From: Phycisphaerae bacterium
Lineage (GTDB): Bacteria; Planctomycetota; Phycisphaerae; Sedimentisphaerales; UBA12454
Reading direction: 5' to 3'
Length of the DNA: 64,000 nucleotides
NCBI GenBank assembly: GCA_026386845.1
Contig: JAPLMW010000064.1
Span: 33,427 to 97,426 of the forward strand
In this document: piece by piece, positions 33,824 to 44,292 of the stretch
Layout of the letters: the number at the start of each line of letters is the position of its first letter
Position numbering within the stretch: the stretch's first letter is position 1
Notes under the pieces: model-generated
What the model saw: only the letters and a program-made list of their open reading frames with translations
Told to the model about the DNA's origin: nothing
The model's database searches: none
Translations under genes and position numbers: made by a program

Positions 33824-34702
33824 ATGGCAGCAAGAAAACCAGTCGTGGCCGGGCAGTTCTACCCCGGCAGCGAAAAAGAATGCAGAGCGGAAATCGCGGA
33901 TTGCCTTGCCAACCGCCCTATTACCGGCAAACTACCCGATAAAATCGTCGCGGGAATCGTGCCGCACGCAGGCTGGACGTTCAGCGGGGATTTGGCGGCA
34001 ATGGCTTTTGCCGCAATCGAAAAAGCCAATAAAGAAGTCGATACATTCGTTATCTTCGGCGCGGTGCATAGTTATTCTGATTCTTCTGCCGCGGTTTATG
34101 ATAAAGGAAGCTGGCAGATGCCGATGGGTGAAATAAAAATTGATGAGGAACTGGCTGCGGCAATTATCAGGAAAAACAAATCCGCAAAACCGAATCCCGA
34201 AGCTCACAGATACGAGCATAGCATTGAAGTGCAGGTGCCTTTTATTCAGTATCTTTTCAAGGATGCCAAAATCGTGCCGATACTGGCGCCGCCGGCGGAA
34301 GCTGTAATAGCTGTCGGAAGCACTGTTGGCGAATGTATAAAAGCGGCGGGCGATAAAAAAATCGTCTGCATAGGCTCAACGGACTTGACGCACTACGGGC
34401 CGCGATACGGCTTTAATCCGAAAGGGAGCGGGCCGGACGGAATCGAATGGGCGAAAAACGTTAACGATAAAGCGTTTATTACTTTGGCGATCGAAATGAA
34501 GGCTGAACGGATACTAACCGAATCTATGGAAAATCAGAACGCCTGCGGGCCGGGGGCTGTAGCGGCGACAATAGCTGCCGCTAAGGCACTTGGCAAGATT
34601 AAAGGCGTTTTATTAGCCCATACGCACAGTAATGAGGTTATGGAGATAAAGTTCGGCCAGAGCAGCAGCGAAAGCGTCGGATACGCGGCGATAGTATACT
34701 AA
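33824..34702 (+). CDS. AmmeMemoRadiSam system protein B (MEMO1 family)
   Basis: KPVVAGQFYPGS..., VPHAGWTFSG, HSIEVQVPF, THYGP. The start was chosen at 33824, where AAGGAG lies 9 nt upstream. Confidence 0.8.
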   Translation: MAARKPVVAGQFYPGSEKECRAEIADCLANRPITGKLPDKIVAGIVPHAGWTFSGDLAAMAFAAIEKANKEVDTFVIFGAVHSYSDSSAAVYDKGSWQMPMGEIKIDEELAAAIIRKNKSAKPNPEAHRYEHSIEVQVPFIQYLFKDAKIVPILAPPAEAVIAVGSTVGECIKAAGDKKIVCIGSTDLTHYGPRYGFNPKGSGPDGIEWAKNVNDKAFITLAIEMKAERILTESMENQNACGPGAVAATIAAAKALGKIKGVLLAHTHSNEVMEIKFGQSSSESVGYAAIVY

Positions 34703-34792
34703 AAATTAAAAATAAAAGATAAAAAATAAAAATTGTGGATTAGCCTGTCGGCGAGATTCCCTAAAAAACAAATAAACTCGAATTTAAAAACT

Positions 34793-35440
34793 TTATTCAA
34801 CGCGAATCGAGTTTATAACAATCGTTTCGGTAGGGACATCGCCGGGGTGGGTTGGAACTTCTGCGATTTTATCAACGACATCCATTCCCTCAACAACTTT
34901 GCCAAATACCGTATAGCCGGCGTCGCGGACGCCATAATTTAAAAAGTCATTATTTGCGTGATTGATAAAAAACTGAGAAGTCGCACTGTCGGGATTTGAA
35001 GTTCGAGCCATAGCGATAGTGCCGCGGTCGTTCTTTAAACCATTCTTCGCCTCGTTAATAATCGGCGGTTTCGTCTGTTTTGGACGCATATCGGCGGTCA
35101 TACCGCCGCACTGAATCATAAAACCCTTTATAACACGGTGAAAAATCGTGCCGTCATAAAACTTGTCCTGAACATACTGGAGGAAATTTTTGCAGCTAAC
35201 GGGGGCCTTTTCCTCATTAAGCTCAAGGACAATATCACCTTTGCTGGTTGAAATCCTGACTTTTGTTGCACCTTTTGTCGCATTGCCGGTTACGGCAGGC
35301 TTAGCTTCGCTATTTTGTTTTGTCATTGTATTTTCACTTTCTTTTGCTGATGGTTGTTTGTTTTCCTGCGGCTGTTTATCGCATCCTGTGAAGAAACAAA
35401 CAGTTGCGACCAATAAAACAACAGAGACAATTTTTGACAT
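34793..35440 (-). CDS. cyclophilin-type peptidyl-prolyl isomerase, lipoprotein
   Basis: Lipobox [19 protein letters not shown], and the FFIN motif. Confidence 0.9.
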   Translation of the reverse strand: MSKIVSVVLLVATVCFFTGCDKQPQENKQPSAKESENTMTKQNSEAKPAVTGNATKGATKVRISTSKGDIVLELNEEKAPVSCKNFLQYVQDKFYDGTIFHRVIKGFMIQCGGMTADMRPKQTKPPIINEAKNGLKNDRGTIAMARTSNPDSATSQFFINHANNDFLNYGVRDAGYTVFGKVVEGMDVVDKIAEVPTHPGDVPTETIVINSIRVE

Positions 35441-35598
35441 TTTTATGCCCTTTCAGTAATTTGCGTCAATAAATATGTAATTATATCAGTTTTTTGTCAG
35501 TCGGCAACTTTTTTAACTTTTCTAAATTACATCTACCGGTTATACTGCCTGCCAAATTCCGGTAGTACTTTAGCAATCAATCCTTTGGGAAAAATGCT

Positions 35599-37290
35599 AT
35601 GGATTGCAAGCTCGTTCTGGATATGATTTTCGGTATAGTCGGGGGACTTGGTCTGTTCCTGTTGGGCATGAAAAATATGTCCGAAGGTATGCAGGCTGTT
35701 GCCGGCGATCGGCTTCGCAAACTCATAGGGGTTGTAACGAATAACCGCTTTGTGGCCTGCGGCGTCGGCATTATTGTTACAATTCTCATCCAATCCAGCA
35801 GTGCAACTACCGTAATACTGGTGAGTATGGTCAACGCGGGGATAATGACGCTGACGCAGGCTATCGGGGTTATTTACGGGGCAAATATCGGAACGACAGT
35901 AACGGCGTGGATTCTGGCAATAAATCTTACAGAATACGGGCTGCCGCTTTTGGGGGCTTCGATAATCCTGTCTTTCTTCACATCAAACAATCGCTTCCGC
36001 TATTATACTATCGTGGGCATGGGCGTTGGTATGATATTTTTCGGGCTGGAGCTGATGACAAGCGGCCTTGCACCAATAAAACAGATGCCGGCATTTGAGG
36101 CGTGGTTCGCGAAATTCACGGCTGACTCCTACTGGGGCGCAATCAGGTGCTGCCTGACAGGCGCTCTTGTTACGGCAATCGTCCAATCATCGGCTGCAAC
36201 TGTCGGCATAACAATGGGACTGGCCTACAACGGCATTATCGATTTCCACTCAGCAGCAGCATTGGTACTGGGCGAAAATATCGGCACGACAATTACCGCG
36301 GTACTGGCCGCACTGCCGGCAAACCGCAACGCAAAACGAGCGGCTTTTGCACATTCGCTATTTAATATTATCGGCGTTATGTGGGTGATATCGATATTCC
36401 CCCTTTTCGTTAAAGTTATCGAGTGGATGGTCGGGGTCGATATGGCAACGCCGGAGATTATCAACGGCAGAACTGTATTTCCGCATGTAATGAAGGGTAT
36501 CGCGGCAACACATACAACCTTCAATGTCGCCAATGTCATAGTCTTTATGCCGCTGCCCAAATTGCTGGCTAAATTTCTTTATAAAATAGTGCCAGATAGA
36601 GGCGTGCCGGAAGAACCCCGTCTTACCGCACTTAATATACGCTTTATCGATGCGCCGGCGCTCGGTATTGAACAATCCAGAAGAGAAATCCTCATAATGA
36701 GTTCGACAGTAATACAAATGATGAAAAATCTCAAAGAGATTATTCTGCTGCCGAGCAGTCAAACCGAAAAACCCGCACAAGCCGAGCCTATCTTCCAAAA
36801 AGAAAGGGAACTGGACGTAATACAAAAAGAGATTGTCGAGTTTATCAGCTCTATTATCGAAGGCAGTATCCCGCACGAAGTGGCCGAGGAAAGCCGGAGG
36901 CAGCTAAGAATGGCCGATGAATTCGAATCTATAAGCGATTATATAGCCAATATTCTGAAACTGAATCTCAAGCTCCGCCAGTCCGGGCAGAAAATAAGCC
37001 CCGAAGGTCTGGCCGCCATAATTGACCTGCATGATAATACGGCTGATTACCTTTGTCGCATAGATGAAGCTGCGAAAAATGCCGATACGAATATTCTTGC
37101 ATTGGCCGAAAGCGACGGCAAAGCCATAACAGAATTGATGAAAAGATACCGCAGTGAACACCTTGCCCGCGTAAGCAAGGGCACTGTAAAACCTTTGAAA
37201 AGTCTTATTTATACCGATATGCTCAATGCATACAGACGCATAAAAGACCACGGCTTGAATATCGCTGAAGTGCTGGCGGGGGAAAAATAA
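35599..37290 (+). CDS. Na/Pi cotransporter family protein with PhoU-like C-terminal domain
   Basis: 563 aa. It has duplicated QSSSATT/QSSAATV transporter motifs and a C-terminal helical PhoU-like region. Confidence 0.85.
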   Translation: MDCKLVLDMIFGIVGGLGLFLLGMKNMSEGMQAVAGDRLRKLIGVVTNNRFVACGVGIIVTILIQSSSATTVILVSMVNAGIMTLTQAIGVIYGANIGTTVTAWILAINLTEYGLPLLGASIILSFFTSNNRFRYYTIVGMGVGMIFFGLELMTSGLAPIKQMPAFEAWFAKFTADSYWGAIRCCLTGALVTAIVQSSAATVGITMGLAYNGIIDFHSAAALVLGENIGTTITAVLAALPANRNAKRAAFAHSLFNIIGVMWVISIFPLFVKVIEWMVGVDMATPEIINGRTVFPHVMKGIAATHTTFNVANVIVFMPLPKLLAKFLYKIVPDRGVPEEPRLTALNIRFIDAPALGIEQSRREILIMSSTVIQMMKNLKEIILLPSSQTEKPAQAEPIFQKERELDVIQKEIVEFISSIIEGSIPHEVAEESRRQLRMADEFESISDYIANILKLNLKLRQSGQKISPEGLAAIIDLHDNTADYLCRIDEAAKNADTNILALAESDGKAITELMKRYRSEHLARVSKGTVKPLKSLIYTDMLNAYRRIKDHGLNIAEVLAGEK

Positions 37291-37327
37291 TTGAAGATTT
37301 AAGAATGAAGAATGAAGATTGATAAAT

Positions 37328-37951
37328 ATGATAACGATAATAGATTACAAAGCGGGGAATTTGACAAGCGTCCAATTAGCCTTCGAATACATCGGATGCG
37401 AGGTTAAAATCACCGATAAGGCCCAGGAGATTCTACAGGCGGAAAAAATAGTTTTTCCGGGCGTCGGGGCGGCAAAATCAGCGATGGATAACCTAAAAAA
37501 ACTAAAGATAATCGACACCATTCAAAAGGTAATCGCTAACGGCGTTCCTTTTTTAGGCATCTGTATCGGTATGCAGGTACTATTCGAGAGCAGCGAAGAA
37601 GACGGCGGGACAAAGTGTTTAGGCATACTGGCAGGCAGCGTAAAAAAGTTCAAAACCTCCGATAAATTATGCAAAATTCCGCAGATGGGCTGGAACACGG
37701 TAAAAATTGTAAAACCGCATCCTGTTTTTACCGGTATTGAAGACCAGAGCGAATTTTATTTTGTGCACAGTTTTTATCCGGCACCTTCAAAAAAAGAAAT
37801 AATCATCGGGCAAACTGAATACGCGGATGCTGTTTTCGCAAGCGCAGCAGGAAAGGGAAATCTTGCCGCGGTGCAATTCCACCCCGAAAGGTCGGGCAGA
37901 ATCGGTCTGAAACTGCTTGAAAACTTCAGTAAGTGGGACGGGATATGCTGA
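37328..37951 (+). CDS. hisH: imidazole glycerol phosphate synthase, glutamine amidotransferase subunit
   Basis: IIDYKAGNL, GICIGMQ (catalytic Cys), QFHPE. Confidence 0.92.
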   Translation: MITIIDYKAGNLTSVQLAFEYIGCEVKITDKAQEILQAEKIVFPGVGAAKSAMDNLKKLKIIDTIQKVIANGVPFLGICIGMQVLFESSEEDGGTKCLGILAGSVKKFKTSDKLCKIPQMGWNTVKIVKPHPVFTGIEDQSEFYFVHSFYPAPSKKEIIIGQTEYADAVFASAAGKGNLAAVQFHPERSGRIGLKLLENFSKWDGIC

Positions 37952-38724
37952 CGAAAAGAATAATACCGTGTTTGGATGTCAGAGCCCGCAAGGTAACCAA
38001 AGGCGTAAGATTCCAGAATAACATCGACCTCGGCGACCCTGTTGAAATGGCTGTCGCTTACAGCGAGGGCGGGTGCGACGAGCTGGTTTTTTATGATATA
38101 ACCGCCTCAGCAGAGGAAAGAGAGATAGATATTGATATGGTTCGTGAAGTCGCAAAAGCAGTGCATATACCGTTTGCGGTCGGAGGCGGGATAAAAAATA
38201 TCGAAGATATGAGAAAAGTGCTCCTTGCGGGAGCTGAAAAGGTGAGCGTAAACTCTCTTGCGGTGCAAAACCCGAATATTATCGCTGAAGGTGCGAAACT
38301 ATTCGGTTCGCAGTGCATTGTATTGGGAATGGACCCTGTGAAGGTCGAAAAGAGCAGCAAATTTCCGAGCGGATATGAAATAACAATCCAGGGTTTTCGG
38401 ACAAGAACGGGACTTGACGCCCTGCAATGGGCCAAAAGAGCCGAACAGTCAGGCGCAGGCGAAATAGTAGTAAACAGCGTCGATGCCGACGGGACACAAC
38501 AGGGTTTTGAAATTAACCTTACAAGACTGATTGCGGAAAACGTCGGGATACCTGTGGTAGCAAGCGGCGGCGGCGGGACGTGCCAGCACCTGATTGACGT
38601 TTTTACCAAAGGAAAGGCAGACGCGGCAATCATAGCGAGTATGATTCATACAAAAATGTTTACAATCAAGCAAATAAAAGATAAACTTATCGACGCAGGA
38701 ATACCAATAAGGCGAAAATGGTAA
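37945..38724 (+). CDS. hisF: imidazole glycerol phosphate synthase, cyclase subunit
   Basis: MLTKRIIPCLDV..., VGGGI, ASGG. It overlaps hisH by 7 nt. Confidence 0.92.
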   Translation: MLTKRIIPCLDVRARKVTKGVRFQNNIDLGDPVEMAVAYSEGGCDELVFYDITASAEEREIDIDMVREVAKAVHIPFAVGGGIKNIEDMRKVLLAGAEKVSVNSLAVQNPNIIAEGAKLFGSQCIVLGMDPVKVEKSSKFPSGYEITIQGFRTRTGLDALQWAKRAEQSGAGEIVVNSVDADGTQQGFEINLTRLIAENVGIPVVASGGGGTCQHLIDVFTKGKADAAIIASMIHTKMFTIKQIKDKLIDAGIPIRRKW

Positions 38725-38742
38725 CATAAACAGGAGTTTTTT

Positions 38743-39666
38743 ATGAATGCCATCAACAAGACCATAAGCGTAATCGAGCCTGTAAACGAGGCTATAGAAA
38801 GAACAAAAACTATTCTGTTTAGACCATTTAATCTTGAGAAATGGTTTATAATCGGTTTTTGCGCATGGCTTGCAGGATTGCTCGAAGGCAGCGGCGGCGG
38901 GGGTTACGGCGGAGGTGGCGGCGACCACGATGGAGGACAAATACCGGCTCAAGTGGTTGAGTTCTGCAAGATTCATATAGTATTCATAATTTTTGCCGCT
39001 ATTGCGGCTGTTACCATAATTGCCGCTGTTATGCTTGTTCTCCTGTGGCTCAGCAGCAGAGGTAAATTTATGTTCCTCGATTGTCTTGCAAAAAACAAAG
39101 GCCATATTATAGAGCCGTGGAAAACATTCAAAAAACAAGCTAACGGACTTTTGGGGTTTCGAGCGCTGTTAATCGCGGCAGCTATGATATGTATGATGCC
39201 TTTGGGCATCCTGACAGTCTGGCTTTTTTCGCTTCTCAAATCCGGAGACGCCAACGTCATAATCGCTGCTGCGATGTTTTTCGTCGTAATGCTGGCCATT
39301 TTCACAGCAGTATCCTTCTTCGGCACTGTTCAGGCACTAACCTTCGATTTCATCGTGCCGATAATGTATCGACAAAGAACCGGAGTATTTGCGGCGTGGG
39401 GGAAATTTTTGCCGATGCTGTGGCAGAATTTCTGGAAGATTATGCTCTACCTGCTTTTCAAGGTCGTGATACTGCTGTGCCTCGGAGCAATTGTGGTGGC
39501 AATGATATTTATCGGCTGCTGCTTCTGCTGCATAAGTGCCGTATTGTTTATTCCTTACATAGGGACGGTGATATTACTGCCGCTGTCGAGTTTTTACAGG
39601 CTTTATACACTATGTTATTTGCGGCAGTTCGGCAGCGAATATGACGTTTTTGCCGCTGCTGTATAA
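38743..39666 (+). CDS. hypothetical membrane protein with Gly-rich loop
   Basis: 307 aa with several TM segments, a GSGGGGYGGGGGDHDGG loop and a CCFCC motif. The antisense ORF 38449-39138 was rejected. Confidence 0.6.
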   Translation: MNAINKTISVIEPVNEAIERTKTILFRPFNLEKWFIIGFCAWLAGLLEGSGGGGYGGGGGDHDGGQIPAQVVEFCKIHIVFIIFAAIAAVTIIAAVMLVLLWLSSRGKFMFLDCLAKNKGHIIEPWKTFKKQANGLLGFRALLIAAAMICMMPLGILTVWLFSLLKSGDANVIIAAAMFFVVMLAIFTAVSFFGTVQALTFDFIVPIMYRQRTGVFAAWGKFLPMLWQNFWKIMLYLLFKVVILLCLGAIVVAMIFIGCCFCCISAVLFIPYIGTVILLPLSSFYRLYTLCYLRQFGSEYDVFAAAV

Positions 39667-39674
39667 AATAAATT

Positions 39675-40967
39675 TTAATCAGGCTGCTGCCTTAAGAGTC
39701 GCAAGACAGCAGTTCCAAATCGCTTAGGCACTCGCGATTCCCGAGAATTCTGAGTATCGGCGGCTGTTATTATGTTGCCGTTGATTTCAAGCGAGGTATT
39801 CTTCCACTCGGCTCCGGCCCTAATAAGCTTGCTGCGTTCAGAAGCAAGAGATGTAACATTTCTTCCTTTGACAATGCCGGCATTTGCAAATATGGCAGGG
39901 GCAGTAGAAATCGCGGCAAGTATTTTATTTTTTTCGTTCGCCTGACGCACAAGATTCAATATATTCTTATCGTTAAAATAATTTCTTGCGCTTACCGGAA
40001 CATCGACAAAAACAAAGGCGTCATAATCGTCAACTTTCACATCCTTGAACAGCACCGTCGCAGTTATGGAATTTCTGTCTATGCCGTTTATTTCGCCAAC
40101 AACCGAACTGGCGACAACCGGCTGAATACCCGCTATCTGAAACGTATCCTCAATATCAAAATATTCCGTATCATCGAAATACTTATCCAGCACAAAAATA
40201 ACAACGCGTTTATTACGAATATCCGACGACGGTTTAACCGGCGGAGGCGATACAACAGGAGCAGGTGCGACAACCGGCTCAAGAGACGGCCTTGCAGCCG
40301 GATAGCCTACAGCAACCAGATATAACGGCTCAAGATTTTCAGGAAGCTTACAGATTCCGGCGACCGATTTGGGTTCAAATACGCCGATAGGGACCGAGCC
40401 AAGACCGAGAGAGACCGCCTGCAAATGGATATTCTGAGCAATGTGGCCGGCTTCGAGATATGCAAATTTTTCGCCTTTGCCGCGGTACCTGGCTTCAAGC
40501 TTTATTACCGAGCCGGAAATTACAAAAACACAGGGCGAATTCTGCACTACCCTCTGTCCAAAAGACGCCGCAGAAAGTATCGGCCTGACATCGCCGCTGA
40601 TTTTCTTTTCAAGAGCGTTGTCCTGCGGGGAATAAAGATAAAGGCCGTCAGGCAGAGCAACATATAACTGCATCGGATACAAATCGCCTGCCGAAGGAGC
40701 GGCCCTTAAGCCTCTGTTGGGGTCCGTTATGCCCTGCGCCGACCAGCATAACTGGCTTATCTGATTTACCTTCAAAAGTTCGGCGGTAAACTGGTGAATG
40801 TTTCTGCGATTTTTAATCGCCTGCTCAAGAGAAATGCTCCCATTCAAATCCGGCTCCGGCAGCCTTATCACCGTTACAACAGGGGCGACAGGGGCAACCT
40901 GCGAAAAAAGACTTGCCGAAAAACAAACCAATAAAACGAAAATTATTAAGCTCTTTTTCATTTTCAT
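39675..40967 (-). CDS. secreted fusion protein: SagB-type nitroreductase/dehydrogenase domain + DJ-1/PfpI-like domain
   Basis: Signal peptide MKMKKSLIIFVLLVCFSASLFSQ. The SagB-like domain shows SAGDLYPMQLYV and YLEAGHIAQN. A Pro-rich linker follows. The DJ-1-like domain has Ser in place of the nucleophile Cys (ILAAISTAPAIFANAG). The ORF track extends to 41000. Confidence 0.65.
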   Translation of the reverse strand: MKMKKSLIIFVLLVCFSASLFSQVAPVAPVVTVIRLPEPDLNGSISLEQAIKNRRNIHQFTAELLKVNQISQLCWSAQGITDPNRGLRAAPSAGDLYPMQLYVALPDGLYLYSPQDNALEKKISGDVRPILSAASFGQRVVQNSPCVFVISGSVIKLEARYRGKGEKFAYLEAGHIAQNIHLQAVSLGLGSVPIGVFEPKSVAGICKLPENLEPLYLVAVGYPAARPSLEPVVAPAPVVSPPPVKPSSDIRNKRVVIFVLDKYFDDTEYFDIEDTFQIAGIQPVVASSVVGEINGIDRNSITATVLFKDVKVDDYDAFVFVDVPVSARNYFNDKNILNLVRQANEKNKILAAISTAPAIFANAGIVKGRNVTSLASERSKLIRAGAEWKNTSLEINGNIITAADTQNSRESRVPKRFGTAVLRLLRQQPD

Positions 40968-40980
40968 CGCCTTTCGAAAA

Positions 40981-41304
40981 TCAGTCTTCATCTTTTTCAA
41001 TTACGGTAACATCGCCGGTCTGCTTATGTTTATGTATAAGATGCAGATTGCGAATGTAAATAATCGCGTTGAGCGAAAAACCGAGTATAAAAATCGGCTC
41101 GGTTCTGTGAATGCTGTACGCAAGCAATATAATACTGCCTACCAGAGACAAATACCAGAAGGCTACCGGCACGTGAGACTTCTTTTTGTACTCACTGACA
41201 AGCCACTGCAGAATAAATCTGCCGCCGAAAGTAAGCTGGCCTACAAAACCAACCATCGTCCAGACCGGCTCCTGCGTAAGCTCCTTTACCAAAGATTCAA
41301 ACAT
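40981..41304 (-). CDS. lipid-A-disaccharide synthase N-terminal domain (LAB_N) membrane protein
   Basis: 107 aa. VGFVGQLTFGGRFILQWLVSEYKKKSHVPVAFWYLSLVGSIILLAY matches the LAB_N pattern. Confidence 0.7.
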   Translation of the reverse strand: MFESLVKELTQEPVWTMVGFVGQLTFGGRFILQWLVSEYKKKSHVPVAFWYLSLVGSIILLAYSIHRTEPIFILGFSLNAIIYIRNLHLIHKHKQTGDVTVIEKDED

Positions 41305-41404
41305 ATACTTCTCCTGAAAAATAAATTAAGTAGTCTATGATAACCAAATATGATATAAAAACAACATTTACCCGCCTGGGGCGGGTTTTCCAAGAACCGA
41401 TGCT

Positions 41405-42124
41405 ATGAAAACAGGCAAAGACCAGAAATTCTTTACAATTATCCTGATATTTTACTGGGTGGGTATATTTATCGCCACACATATTCCCGTGCCCAGCTGG
41501 ACCGGACAGATGGGTATGAGCGATAAAACTATGCACTTTTTCGCCTATATGGTACTGGCATTTTTACTATGGCTCAGCAGGAGTTTTGACAAAAAAGCTA
41601 ACTGGAAAGAACTGCGCCTCTGGCTGTTGTCGACAATTGTTATACTTTACGGCCTTGCGGATGAATTATCACAACAATTTATGAATCGCTCGACGGATAT
41701 AAGTGATTTTGCGGCCAATATACTTGGTTTGGCTGTCGCAATGGCAATGGCTACTGTTCTGTCCTCCTATCATATAGCAATGATACTCGTTACAGTCTGT
41801 CCGTTGTTTGTACCGGGTATCGTAAGGTCACAACTTATACCACAGAATTCGATATATGAAGCCGCTGCTTATATGACGGGTTTTGCGATTATAACCGCTG
41901 CGTGGATAAAGTACCTGTCCTCAGTGTCCGGTCTAAACCTCAGAAAAAATAAACTCCTGCCGATATTTTTCGCACCGCCGGCAGGAACAATTATTATCGT
42001 AAAATTTTATGCACAGTTGACGGACAAACCATTCGGCTTAACAGCAATTATAAGCGCATTTGTCTCAATAGCATTAACGCTTTTCATCTGGCGTCTGATG
42101 AGCAAAAAAGGAACTGCTACTTAA
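41405..42124 (+). CDS. VanZ-like family membrane protein
   Basis: 239 aa. DKTMHFFAYMVLAF and ADELSQQFMNRSTDISDFAANILG are VanZ-like. It has extra C-terminal TM segments. Confidence 0.65.
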   Translation: MKTGKDQKFFTIILIFYWVGIFIATHIPVPSWTGQMGMSDKTMHFFAYMVLAFLLWLSRSFDKKANWKELRLWLLSTIVILYGLADELSQQFMNRSTDISDFAANILGLAVAMAMATVLSSYHIAMILVTVCPLFVPGIVRSQLIPQNSIYEAAAYMTGFAIITAAWIKYLSSVSGLNLRKNKLLPIFFAPPAGTIIIVKFYAQLTDKPFGLTAIISAFVSIALTLFIWRLMSKKGTAT

Positions 42125-43727
42125 TGTTGAGCCTATAAAGCGGGTCGCCTATGAGGACAAGCTGCCAGGAATTGAAGGGATTTGTTTTATAAAAGGCCTC
42201 GACAAGACATTTGCCGTCAAGCAATTCAGCAAAAAATTTGTCCGGCTCAGGAAATGACATAAGATAAGGTTCATCTACCGGTCCCAATGTAGCGGTTATG
42301 CCGTGCGAAAGCATGGCGGGACACTATTTGGAACTTGACGCATCGCGCAAGTCCATAGCCTCAAAACTTGCTATATGAAACCCAACGGCGCCGGGAACAA
42401 AATCAAACGCATCAATATATTTTTTTAAGCTGTACCAGCCGCAGTAAATCGCCGTCTTCGGACAGGAGCCTGGAGCAAAAAGCGCCGGCGTGTTCTCAAC
42501 TACAACATTCATTGAAGTACGTCTTTTAAGCATTGCGGCAAGCGAATGCAGAGATTTATCAAAAAATTCAAACGAATACGGCGAGATCTGTCCTGCAATA
42601 TTCAGCCCCCGCGTATCAATATAGGCCTTGCCGGAAAGACCTTTTTTCTCGGCCATAATCGACTTGTCAACCAAACCGGCAGCGATTTGGGCCGAAGGTC
42701 CATCCAGCCTTGAAACCATCAACGTCTTTGTCGGCAAAAACAAGTGGGAGTCGAGCAGTTCATTTCTCTGCCAGCGGTAAAGGTCATAATCCTCAAACAA
42801 AACCATTGAAAGCTCACTATCAACTGAAGCAGCGGTTTCAGCGCCTTTGCATCTGCCGATATCAGAATTCAGACTCGAAATAACCATAACAAGGCCGCCG
42901 GCAGATTCAGCAGCCTGATAAAAATTCATATCGAGCTTTTTGGGGATATCCCAGTTTTGCCGCTCTGCTGCCTGTAAAATCAGGCCGGCTTCGCGCAGTT
43001 CTCTCTCCTCAAGCATAGAAAGTTTAAACGAAACCTGCGGCAACTGCCCGGCCCGCTGCTGAGCGTAAACAGGGCCATAAAAACTTTTCAGAAGAATTAT
43101 TAATTTATCATACTGCTCTTTTCGGATATCCTGCCGCTCAACATATTCAATTCTTTTTAAGGCCTGCTTTATATCATCGTCCAGATGCCTGGAGGCATTT
43201 TCGTAAGATTCCGCCTGAGCGGTATTCTGATCTATCAGTTCCTGTCTGCCGAGATGATTAAGCTCATACAACAAGCTTCCAAACCGCTGTTTTTTCTCAC
43301 CGAGCATCGCAGAGAGCTTTAAAACGAGCTGTTCTGAATTTTTCAGCGGTCCGGCAGAACCGACTTTTATCGGGACACCATATAAGGTCAGGAGACATTT
43401 AATCTCGCCGGGCAATCTGTTTTCCTGAAGCTCTTTTTTTACCGCGGCAGCCAAAACATTATTGTATTGCGGCCGGTTTATTTCCTCAGAAAGGTTTTGG
43501 CCAAGCGGGATTTTTAGAATATTTCCGGCCGGCACAGTCCTTTTGCCGCAATAATACTGCGCAAGCTGCAGCGATTCATTGACGTCAGAGTTAGCAATTA
43601 TAAGAACCTGCTGCGGCTGGAGAGCAAAAACCGCGTTTGTCAACGCAAAGGTCAACAGAAGTATACTAAAGACCGTTTTTATTTTTTTGTCCCCTTGTTT
43701 CTTCGGTCTGTGAATATCTTTTTTCAT
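42117..43727 (-). pseudogene. secreted conserved hypothetical (TIGR03790-like, from memory) interrupted by an in-frame TAG
   Basis: ORFs 42324-43727 and 42117-42314 are in the same frame, separated by a TAG at 42324-42326 plus three codons. The C-terminal piece ends in the family-typical ...WQLVLIGDPLYRL. Confidence 0.55.
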
Positions 43728-44292
43728 AAATACTTTTGCTTGCCAGGACCTGCCAGAGCGTCAGAAAAATTATTTTAAAATCCAACAGCAGTGATGCCTT
43801 TTCGACATACTCAACATCATAAGCAAGCTTTTCTTCCCTCGTAAGTTCGCCTCTGCCGCTAACCTGAGCAAGACCCGTAAGGCCGGGCCTGACGAGAAGT
43901 CTTTTTTTCTGCCGATTATCCCATTCGGCCATCTGCTCAAGATATAAAGGTCTCGGCCCGACAAGACTCATATCACCCTTTAATACATTAAAAAGCTGCG
44001 GTAATTCATCGAGCGAATACTTACGTAAAAAAACACCTATTTTAGTCAGCCGAGGGTCTTCGCCTGATTTAGGACTTGCGCCGAACGGGTCAACATCAGC
44101 TTTCATTGTGCGAAATTTATAAAATGTAAAAGGCTTTCCGTCTTTGCCGGCACGGGTTTGAGTGAAAATGGCCAGGCCTTTGCCGCTCAGTTTTATTACT
44201 ATAGCTATAACTGCAAAAACAGGCAGCAATATCAGGACTGCCAATAAAGAAACAAAAATATCAAATAGCCTTTTTATGAATCTATACAGCAT
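43666..44292 (-). CDS. small phosphoglycosyl transferase (bacterial sugar transferase family, WbaP/EpsL C-terminal type)
   Basis: 208 aa. RLFDIFVSLLAVLILLP..., FYKFRTM, DELPQLFNVLKGDMSLVGPRP. Confidence 0.88.
   Translation of the reverse strand: MLYRFIKRLFDIFVSLLAVLILLPVFAVIAIVIKLSGKGLAIFTQTRAGKDGKPFTFYKFRTMKADVDPFGASPKSGEDPRLTKIGVFLRKYSLDELPQLFNVLKGDMSLVGPRPLYLEQMAEWDNRQKKRLLVRPGLTGLAQVSGRGELTREEKLAYDVEYVEKASLLLDFKIIFLTLWQVLASKSIYEKRYSQTEETRGQKNKNGL

Noticed and set aside
38449-39138. 229-aa minus-strand ORF, and 38091-38633 (180 aa)
   Set aside because: They are antisense to hisF and to the Gly-rich membrane protein gene. hisF identity is unambiguous.
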